This document shows positions 53,098 through 60,012 of a stretch of 64,000 bases of DNA, piece by piece. Within the stretch, counting starts at the first letter, position 1; every line of letters begins with the position of its first letter. The translations under genes and the position numbers were made by a program. The DNA is taken from positions 681,707 through 745,706 of the forward strand of contig OZ241896.1 in NCBI GenBank assembly GCA_965203565.1, in the 5' to 3' direction. Under the pieces are notes generated by a model. It ran no database searches and was not told where the DNA came from. It worked only from the letters and a program-made list of their open reading frames with translations. This stretch comes from Vicinamibacterales bacterium. Its GTDB lineage: Bacteria > Acidobacteriota > Vicinamibacteria > Vicinamibacterales > UBA8438.

Positions 53098-54474
53098 GTG
53101 CAGGCGGCGCTCGACCGGCTGCTGGAGCAGGTGCGGGGGGCATGGGCGGTGGACGGCTTCGGACGCCTGCGGGTCACGCTGCCGTCGTCTGCGCCGCCGG
53201 TCCACGCGTTGGCGCTCGACCAGCGGGTGAACGTCCGCCGCGCGGCGTTCGCCATCGATCCGAGCGGGGCGCGTGCGCAGACGGCGGTGGTCGGCGCGCC
53301 GCAGGACGCGGGGGTCGCGGTCGAGACGTTCACGGGAGACGGGAAGGCGACCCGGTTCGCGCTGACGCGCCGGATGGCGCCGGAGCGTTTCGCCTTCGCC
53401 GCGCTGTCCTTCCGGGCGTCGTCGTCCGGGACGTTCGCGTCGATGCCGCTCGACTCCAGCACGGCGCAGTGGAAGGTCGACTACGCCGCCGGGGCCGTCG
53501 TCAGCGGCGCCGACCCGCCGGCGCCGCTGCCGGCGGGCGCGCAGCTGCGGATCGCCTACGCCTGCGCCGAGCCGCCCCTGGCGGAGTCCGCTCCGGCGGC
53601 CGGGACGGGGCGCGCGGTGGTGGAGGGCGATCCGGAGGTCGTCACGCAGACGCAGGCGCGGCGCCGGGCGCAGGTGGTGAACGCGCTGCACGCCGCGGCG
53701 GTGCATCGCGGGACGTGCGAGCTGGTCCCGCGGCGGGCCGACGGGACGCGCCCGTCCATTCCCCCGGAAGGGTCGTACTGCACGACGCGGCTGCAGGCGT
53801 TCGGCTACTACGACGCGTACGCCCTGGTCGAGCGCGTGTCGATCCGGGACGACGCCGGTGTGATCGTCACGACGCTGGACGTGGCGGTCTCCTCCGATCC
53901 GGCGGCGCTGCACCATGCGGATCGGCGCCGCGCCGCGTGGGCGCGGCTGCTCGGCCGGGCGCTGCCGGCGGCGCAGCGGCTGCGCCTGCTCGACCGTCGG
54001 GTCCCGGAGGCGGTCGTCCTGCGGCAGGGGCTCGGCCTGCCGGCGTCGCTCGGCGGTCAGGAGGGCGCCCACCACACGCGGACGAGCCACGGCGTGGCGA
54101 ACGGCGCGCGGATCATGGGGAGCGGGATCGTCCGGGTCGACGGCGCGCGGATTCTCCCGGGGTCGCTGCGCTGGTACGCCACGGCGCGGGTGCACGGATC
54201 GACGACGCGGGCGAGCCTGTTCCTGTGGGACCGCGGCTACGCGGACGAGACCGGGACGGTCGTCGGGCGGAAGGTGGGCGGGGAGTACGCCGTCAGCGGG
54301 GCGGACGCCGGGCGCGGCGCGCGCCTGGCGGTCCAGGGCGGCGTCACGCCGAGGATCGGTCTGGTGGAGTACGAGCTGCGGTGCGCGGTCACGGCGGGGG
54401 CGGCGAGCGGGTTCGACGACAGCGTGGAGGTCTGGGCTGCGGCGCTGGACGTGGACGTGGAGGGGGAGGGATGA
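53098..54474 (+). CDS. 458-codon ORF in the +1 frame: probable C-terminal continuation of the 47154 gene, or a separate downstream gene
   Basis: Protein-like composition. The frame is open from 53046 (PVTPPGAVRLDTLSWTTVQAALDRLLEQ...), directly after the point where frame 0 degenerates. Confidence 0.55.
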   Translation: MQAALDRLLEQVRGAWAVDGFGRLRVTLPSSAPPVHALALDQRVNVRRAAFAIDPSGARAQTAVVGAPQDAGVAVETFTGDGKATRFALTRRMAPERFAFAALSFRASSSGTFASMPLDSSTAQWKVDYAAGAVVSGADPPAPLPAGAQLRIAYACAEPPLAESAPAAGTGRAVVEGDPEVVTQTQARRRAQVVNALHAAAVHRGTCELVPRRADGTRPSIPPEGSYCTTRLQAFGYYDAYALVERVSIRDDAGVIVTTLDVAVSSDPAALHHADRRRAAWARLLGRALPAAQRLRLLDRRVPEAVVLRQGLGLPASLGGQEGAHHTRTSHGVANGARIMGSGIVRVDGARILPGSLRWYATARVHGSTTRASLFLWDRGYADETGTVVGRKVGGEYAVSGADAGRGARLAVQGGVTPRIGLVEYELRCAVTAGAASGFDDSVEVWAAALDVDVEGEG

Positions 54475-55112
54475 TGCGAACGCTGCACGTGGCGATGCTG
54501 TGCGGGGCGCTGCTGATCGGCGCGTCGCTGACGGGTCCGGCGACCGGCGCGCAGCCGGGGTTCGGAGTGGTTCCCGCCGGCGGAATCTACTTCATGACGG
54601 ACGAGTGCCCGCCGGGGACGCGCAATTACACCGAGGCGGACGGCCGCATGCTTCTGGCGCACTCGCAGGCGACGACCGGCACGACGAGCGGATCGCCCTA
54701 CTCCGCGACGGGCGGCGCTCGCTATGGAGGGGTTTCGCACAGCCACTCGCTGTCCCCCCCAAGCGCCAGCTACACGCCCCCGACGGCCATGTACGACAGC
54801 CCGACCGTGAACGTCACATGGCCTACTGTGCACCATAGACACAATCACGAATTCGTCGACCGGTACGTGGAGCCCGGAGGAGCGCCTGCCGTATATTCCA
54901 GAAGTTCGGGGGACGGCGTGAGAACCAACCACGTCAGGACAAACGGCGCTTCCAGGGATCCCAGCCTGACCGGTGGCGAAGTCACGCTGTCGGGAGGCGG
55001 AGTGACTCTATCCGGGGGAAGAGTCAGCCTGTCGGGTGGAAGCGTGGGCAGCGGAGGCGGAGGGTCCACTCCCGCGCCTTTCATCCGGCTGCGCGCCTGT
55101 CTCGTGGAGTAG
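54471..55112 (+). CDS. small secreted protein with His-rich centre and GGxVTLSGG repeats
   Basis: ATG overlaps the upstream stop as ATGA. Signal MMRTLHVAMLCGALLIGASLTGPATGAQ. CPPGTRNYTEADGRMLL, SHSHS, HHRHNHEF, TGGEVTLSGGGVTLSGGRVSLSGGSVGSGGGG. Confidence 0.55.
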   Translation: MMRTLHVAMLCGALLIGASLTGPATGAQPGFGVVPAGGIYFMTDECPPGTRNYTEADGRMLLAHSQATTGTTSGSPYSATGGARYGGVSHSHSLSPPSASYTPPTAMYDSPTVNVTWPTVHHRHNHEFVDRYVEPGGAPAVYSRSSGDGVRTNHVRTNGASRDPSLTGGEVTLSGGGVTLSGGRVSLSGGSVGSGGGGSTPAPFIRLRACLVE

Positions 55113-55165
55113 TCGGCGCCGGTGCGGCGCGGCTTTTGCTGCGGGCTGCTGCTAACATGGACCAG

Positions 55166-55323
55166 CAGCCCGTGGTGGAGCCTCGCGTCGCGCCGAGAGC
55201 GGTGAGGCGCCCGCCTGACAAGGCGTGAGGAGGGCGCATATTGGGCATACGCAACCGACGAACAACGCCGTCAGGCGGGATGCATCGCCGCTCGAATGCA
55301 GCGGGGACCTCCGCCGCGGGCTG
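55166..55323 (+). mobile_element. 158-bp MITE-like element, A-subfamily, copy 2 (TSD CCAG)
   Basis: Flanks ggaCCAG|CAGCCCGTGG...CCGCGGGCTG|CCAGgtg (one TIR mismatch). Immediately 5' of the surA-like gene. Confidence 0.8.
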
Positions 55324-55327
55324 CCAG

Positions 55328-56428
55328 GTGAACGACTGGCGATCGCCCGCCCGGACCGGGCGGGCGATCGTCCTCGCGGCGCTGGCGCTGGCCGGTGCGG
55401 GCGAGGCCGCGGCCCAGCCGCCCGGCGTCCCGCCGGGCGCTCCCCCCGCCAGGGTGATCGAGCGGATCCTGGTCAAGGTGAACGGGGAGATCATCACCCA
55501 GTCCGACCTGGAGGACCGCCAGATCGCAGCCATCCGGGCGCGAGGCGTGCAGCCGGCCACGAACGCCGAGCTGTTCCAGCTCATCGGGGAGGTGACGCCG
55601 GAGGTGATCGCGAACCTGGTCGACGAGCTGCTGCTGATCCAGCGGGGCAAGGAGCTCGGCTACCAGTTGTCCGACCAGCAGTTCGAGGACTTCGTCGACA
55701 ACGTCAAGGAGGAGAACGGGATCGAGTCGGACGAGGAGTTCGCCGAGATGCTGGAGCGGCAGGAGGGGATGTCGCTCGACGACTTCCGGCGGCTCGTCGA
55801 GCGGCAGATGCTGGCCAGCCAGGTGCAGCAGGTCGAGATCCTCAGCCGCGTCGCGATCACCGACGTCGAGGCCCGGGAGTACTACGACGCGCACCTCGAC
55901 GAGTTCACCGAACCGGCGACCGCCACGCTGCGCGAGATCATCATCGCCGTGCCCGAGGGGGCGGACGCCGCCGGCCTGGCCGATCAGCGGGCGCGCGACG
56001 AGGCCGAAGCGGTGCTGCGCCGCGTCACGGAGGGCGAGAAGTTCAGCGCGGTGGCGGTCGAGGCGTCGGACGCGCCGACGGCGGCGAACGGCGGTCTGAT
56101 CGGCCCGTTCCGGCTCTCCGAGATCTCCGAGTCGATCCGGGAGCTGATCGCGACGCTGGAGGTCGGCGGCCTGAGCGACCTGCGGCGCACCCCGCAGGGC
56201 TACCAGATCCTCAAGCTCGAAGCGCTGACCGAAAACGTCGCGCAGCCGTTCGACGAGGTGCGCGACCGGATTTCGGAGAACGTCTTCAACGATCGCCGGC
56301 TGGAGGAGTACGGGAAGTACCTCGACCAGCTGCGCGAGGAGGCGATCATCGACTGGCGCAGCGAGGACCTGCGCCAGGCGTACGAGCAGTTCCGCGCCCG
56401 GTCGCCGGCGCCCGCCCCGCCGCGATGA
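55328..56428 (+). CDS. surA: SurA-like periplasmic chaperone / parvulin-type peptidyl-prolyl isomerase
   Basis: Signal RAIVLAALALAGAGEAAAQ. RILVKVNGEIITQSDLEDR (SurA N-domain) and parvulin-like ATLREIII...GGLIGPF...GYQILKLE. GTG 55328 chosen; in-frame TTG 55241 and ATG 55280 lie inside the MITE. Confidence 0.7.
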   Translation: MNDWRSPARTGRAIVLAALALAGAGEAAAQPPGVPPGAPPARVIERILVKVNGEIITQSDLEDRQIAAIRARGVQPATNAELFQLIGEVTPEVIANLVDELLLIQRGKELGYQLSDQQFEDFVDNVKEENGIESDEEFAEMLERQEGMSLDDFRRLVERQMLASQVQQVEILSRVAITDVEAREYYDAHLDEFTEPATATLREIIIAVPEGADAAGLADQRARDEAEAVLRRVTEGEKFSAVAVEASDAPTAANGGLIGPFRLSEISESIRELIATLEVGGLSDLRRTPQGYQILKLEALTENVAQPFDEVRDRISENVFNDRRLEEYGKYLDQLREEAIIDWRSEDLRQAYEQFRARSPAPAPPR

Positions 56429-57576
56429 GCCGCCCGGAGATGCAGCGCCCGGCCATGCGCGCCGTCGGCGGGACGACCGTCGGCGGCGTTCCGCTCGACC
56501 CGCCGTTCGCCCTCGCGCCGATGGCGGGGATGACCGACACCGCCTTCCGCCGGCTGGTGAAGCGGCGCGGCGGGTGCGGACTGGTCGTCACCGAGATGGT
56601 CAGCTCCGAGGGGCTCGTGCGCGGCATCGACCGGACGCTCGAGTACGCGGAGTACACCGAAGAGGAGCGGCCGGTCTCGATCCAGATCTTCGGCGGCCGG
56701 CCCGAGACGATGGCGGCGGCGGCGCAGATCGTCGAAGGGATGGGCGCGGACCTCGTCGACGTGAACATGGGATGCCCGGTCCCGAAGATCGCGAAACACA
56801 ACGCCGGGTGCAGTCTGATGCGGGAGCCGGAGCACGCCGCGCGCATCGTCCGGTCGATGAGCCGGGCGGTGCGGATTCCGGTCACCGTCAAGATGCGCGC
56901 CGGGTGGGACGAACGCGAGGTGAACGCCCCCGACGTGGCGCGGCGGATGGAGGACGCGGGCGCGGCGGCGGTCGCCGTGCACGGCCGGACCGCCGCGCAG
57001 TCGTACCGCGGCGTCTCCGACTGGGAGCTGATCGAGACGGTGGCGGCGCAGGCGTCGATCCCGGTCTTCGGCAGCGGCGACTGCGTGACCGCCCGGCAGG
57101 TGGTCGACCGCACCGCCGGGACCGGGGTGGCCGGCGTGCTGGTCGGCCGGGGCGCGCTGCGGAACCCGTGGATCTTCCAGCAGGCGGCGGCTCTGTCGGC
57201 CGGCCGCCCGGCGCCGGAGGTGGCGGACGCCGACCGCGGCCGGTTCCTGCTCGACTACATCGACATGCTGTTGCGCGAGGGGGTGGACGAGTCGGACGGG
57301 TTCCGTCACGCGGCGCCCGGCCAGCCCCCGGCCCAGCCGCCGCGCCCCGCGCGGGGGCGCGCCCGGTGGGTCGTCAACAAGCTGCGGGCGCTCGGCTCGT
57401 GGTACACGAAAGGACTCCACGGCGGCTCGAACCTGCGCGCCGCCATCAACTCCGCCGAGTCGATAGACGAACTGCGCGACGTCATTCAGGCGTTCTTCTT
57501 CGCGCCCGCGCGGGCGTCGCCCGTCGAGCGGGCGCCCGGCAGCAAGACGGCCGCAGGGTGGTCGTCTGCGGTATAA
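56425..57576 (+). CDS. dus: tRNA-dihydrouridine synthase
   Basis: LAPMAGMTDTAFRRL, IQIFGG, DVNMGCPVPKI, VTVKMRAGW, AVAVHGRT motifs. ATGA overlap with the surA stop. Confidence 0.85.
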   Translation: MSRPEMQRPAMRAVGGTTVGGVPLDPPFALAPMAGMTDTAFRRLVKRRGGCGLVVTEMVSSEGLVRGIDRTLEYAEYTEEERPVSIQIFGGRPETMAAAAQIVEGMGADLVDVNMGCPVPKIAKHNAGCSLMREPEHAARIVRSMSRAVRIPVTVKMRAGWDEREVNAPDVARRMEDAGAAAVAVHGRTAAQSYRGVSDWELIETVAAQASIPVFGSGDCVTARQVVDRTAGTGVAGVLVGRGALRNPWIFQQAAALSAGRPAPEVADADRGRFLLDYIDMLLREGVDESDGFRHAAPGQPPAQPPRPARGRARWVVNKLRALGSWYTKGLHGGSNLRAAINSAESIDELRDVIQAFFFAPARASPVERAPGSKTAAGWSSAV

Positions 57577-57687
57577 CATGGACCGTTCAACCGGCGCCGA
57601 ACCCGGCCGTCCGCCGATGGCGGCGAGGCTTTCGCCGCGCGCGGACTGCCGGGGCGCCGTCGGGCGCCGGCTGCGGGAGGACGCCCA

Positions 57688-59442
57688 ATGCGCCGCCATT
57701 TCCTGGCCTGCTGCCTGATCGCCGCCGCCGCCGCGCCGCTCGCCGCCCAGCGGGAAGGGTGGACGCGGCCGTTCCCCGGACACCGCGTCATCGGCAACCT
57801 GTACGCCGTCGGGACGTACGACCTCGGCGTCTTCCTCGTCACGTCGGACGACGGGCACTTCCTGATCAACACCGGGCTGGAGGACTCGACGCCGCTGATC
57901 CGCGCGAACGTGGAGTCGCTCGGGTTCCGGCTCGAGGACGTCAAGGTGCTCCTGACGATGCAGGCGCACTGGGACCATACCGCCGCCCTGGCCGAGATCA
58001 AGGCTATCGCCGGCGCAGAGATGTGGGCGACCGCCGGCGACGCGCCGGTGCTGGAGGACGGCGGGTTCAGCGACCCGCACTTCGGCGGACGCGTGTCGTT
58101 TCCGCCGGTCGCCGTCGACCGGGTCGTCGCGGACGGCGAGGCGCTGGCGCTCGGCGCTGCGCGGCTGACGGTGCTGGAGAGCCCGGGACACACCGCGGGC
58201 AGCGCGAGCTACGTCATGACCGTCCGCGAGGGCGGGCGCGACTACGACGTCGTGATCGCGAACATGGGGACGATCAACGAAGGGAAGCGCCTCGTGGTCG
58301 ATCCCACCTACCCCGGCGTCGCCGACGACTTCGCCGAGACGTTCCGCAGGCAGAAGGCGCTGGACGTCGACGTCTGGGTCGCGGCGCACGGCGGGCAGTA
58401 CGGCCTGCACGACAAGTACGAGCCGGGCCAGGCGTACGACCCGGAGACGTTCGTCGACCCCGAAGGGTTTCTCGCCGCGGTGGAGCGGCTCGAAAAGCGG
58501 TACCGGGAGCAGCTCGCGGCGGAGCGGGCCTCGGCGTTCCGGACCCCGTGGGGCGACCCGGACCTGCAGGGGATCTGGGACACCGACGCGCTGCGGAGCG
58601 TCCCGCTGGAGCGCGACCCCGCGTTCGGCGGCCGGGCCGTGCTGACCGGCGAGGAGCTGGCCGAGCGGGCCGCCGTCGAGACGGCGAAGGCGCGGGACGA
58701 CAAGGCGATACGTCCGGAGGGACCGCGGGACGCGCTGCGGACGCCCGCCCACTGGGACGAGTGGTCGGACCGGCCCTCGCCGCGCACCTCGCTGATCGTG
58801 GACCCGCCCGACGGGCGGATCCCGCCGCTGACCCTCGGCGCCCGGCAGCGCCCCGACGATCCGTCGGCCACCATCGGCTTCGCGGGCGGCAGCTTCGGCG
58901 ACGGCCCGTTCAACGGCCCGGAAGACTACAACCCGATCGACCGCTGCATCACGCGGGGACTGCCGAACACCTGGTTCCCCAGCCTGTACAACAACGGGTT
59001 CCAGATCGTGCAGAACCCGGATTACGTCGCCGTCCTGTACGAGCGGCTGCACGAGCACCGGATCATCCCGCTCGACGGCCGCGCGCCGCTCGACCCGGGC
59101 ATCCGCACCTGGTTCGGCGACTCGCGGGGCCGCTGGGAGGGGGACGCGCTGGTGGTCGAGGTGACGAACTTCAGCGACCGGACGAACTACCGGGGCGCCG
59201 GCGCCACGCTGCGGCTGGTCGAGCGGTACCGCCGGGTGGACGCCGAGACGGTGCAGGTGGAGATCACGGTCGACGACCCGGCGACCTGGACCGAGCCGTG
59301 GACGGCGGTGGTGGAAGGGAGGCGCGACTCCGCCTACTGGCAGATCTTCGAGTACGCCTGCCACGAGGGAAACTACAACATGACGTTCATGCTGGAGGCG
59401 GCGCGGGCGGCCGACCGGGCTGCGGCGGGCGCCGCGCGCTGA
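57688..59442 (+). CDS. fusion protein: subclass-B3-like metallo-beta-lactamase domain + 'ACHEGNY' domain (paralogue 3)
   Basis: Signal peptide. TMQAHWDH (QxHxDH variant of HxHxDH), SPGHTAGS, VAAHGG. From about residue 270: TPWGDPDLQGIW, IVDPPDGRIP, DRCITRGLP, QIVQNPDYVAVLYE, IPLDGRAP, WFGDSRGRWEGDALVVEVTNF, FEYACHEGNY. Confidence 0.7.
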   Translation: MRRHFLACCLIAAAAAPLAAQREGWTRPFPGHRVIGNLYAVGTYDLGVFLVTSDDGHFLINTGLEDSTPLIRANVESLGFRLEDVKVLLTMQAHWDHTAALAEIKAIAGAEMWATAGDAPVLEDGGFSDPHFGGRVSFPPVAVDRVVADGEALALGAARLTVLESPGHTAGSASYVMTVREGGRDYDVVIANMGTINEGKRLVVDPTYPGVADDFAETFRRQKALDVDVWVAAHGGQYGLHDKYEPGQAYDPETFVDPEGFLAAVERLEKRYREQLAAERASAFRTPWGDPDLQGIWDTDALRSVPLERDPAFGGRAVLTGEELAERAAVETAKARDDKAIRPEGPRDALRTPAHWDEWSDRPSPRTSLIVDPPDGRIPPLTLGARQRPDDPSATIGFAGGSFGDGPFNGPEDYNPIDRCITRGLPNTWFPSLYNNGFQIVQNPDYVAVLYERLHEHRIIPLDGRAPLDPGIRTWFGDSRGRWEGDALVVEVTNFSDRTNYRGAGATLRLVERYRRVDAETVQVEITVDDPATWTEPWTAVVEGRRDSAYWQIFEYACHEGNYNMTFMLEAARAADRAAAGAAR

Positions 59443-59484
59443 CCGCGCCGGGAGCGTGCGGATTCCAGAGTCGGGCTGTCAGGC

Positions 59485-59910
59485 ATGACGGTCGGCTGGC
59501 TGCTGCTCGGGGCGCTGCTCGGCGGGCTGTCCATCGGTTTCGCCCGCCGCCTGCGCCGGCGCGACCAGATCCGCCTCTTCGCGGTCTGGCTGCTGCTCGC
59601 CGGCGTGATCTACGCGGCCTGCGCGGCGCTCCAGGGGGCGGGAACGCGCTGGCTCGCGATAGAAGGCGCGGGCCTCGCGCTGTTCGCGCTGCTCGCCTGG
59701 TACGGCCTCCGGCGGCCCGCCGTCCTGGCGCTCGGCTGGCTGCTGCACGTGGCCTGGGACGCCGGACTGCACCTTGCGATAGAGCAGCCGGTGATCGGAC
59801 CGTGGCTGCCGCTGCTCTGCATCCCGTTCGACCTGATGGTGGCCGCCTGGCTGGCCGTTGCGCCTTCATCGTCCGGATCCCGTAGCGCGAGACGCCGGCG
59901 TCCCGAGTGA
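59485..59910 (+). CDS. hypothetical small membrane protein (4 TM helices)
   Basis: 141 aa with hydrophobic helices separated by RR-rich loops. No family recognised. Confidence 0.45.
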   Translation: MTVGWLLLGALLGGLSIGFARRLRRRDQIRLFAVWLLLAGVIYAACAALQGAGTRWLAIEGAGLALFALLAWYGLRRPAVLALGWLLHVAWDAGLHLAIEQPVIGPWLPLLCIPFDLMVAAWLAVAPSSSGSRSARRRRPE

Positions 59911-59928
59911 CCAGGGCGAGCCCTTCGG

Positions 59929-60003
59929 TCTGCGCCCTCCTCACGCCTTGTCAGGCGGGCGCCTCACCGCTCTCGGTGCGACGCGGGATTCCACCACGGG
60001 GCT
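59929..60003 (-). mobile_element. truncated (about half) A-subfamily MITE copy
   Basis: TGCGCCCTCCTCACGCCTTGTCAGGCGGGCGCCTCACCGCTCTCGGTGCGACGCGGGATTCCACCACGGGGCTGG matches the element from the anti-SD centre to one TIR, with a 1-nt insertion in the TIR. The TTG-ORF half is missing. Confidence 0.65.
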
Positions 60004-60012
60004 GGTACGCGC

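Noticed and set aside
47154-55112. Single 2652-aa ORF in the track
   Set aside because: Between about 53100 and 54470 this frame encodes only Arg/Gly/Ala-rich low-complexity sequence, while the +1 frame is protein-like. The last 213 codons are a separate gene with its own ATG and signal peptide. The absence of stops reflects the GC content.
47154-55112. Prophage or GTA region
   Set aside because: Only a vague tail-fibre or host-specificity flavour. No integrase, terminase, portal, capsid, tape-measure or att-like repeats are visible on either side.
45924-55323. Composite transposon: oppositely oriented MITE copies flanking the giant-gene block
   Set aside because: Each copy has its own intact 4-bp duplication (CGCG/CGCG and CCAG/CCAG). 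A composite move would leave a duplication only at the outer ends.
68-59885. Many long antisense or off-frame ORFs, e.g. 68-1888+, 2309-3985+, 4028-5353-, 6020-9868-, 18014-20968-, 21004-23976-, 25894-28554-, 29344-31692+, 31575-33482+, 33434-35662+, 35407-37857+, 37578-39992+, 39713-41878+, 47082-49880-, 50046-52748-, 56200-59364-, 56574-59885+
   Set aside because: Compositions are dominated by R/G/P/A/V with repetitive low complexity. Each overlaps a clearly protein-like gene on the other strand or frame. These are the usual high-GC shadow ORFs.
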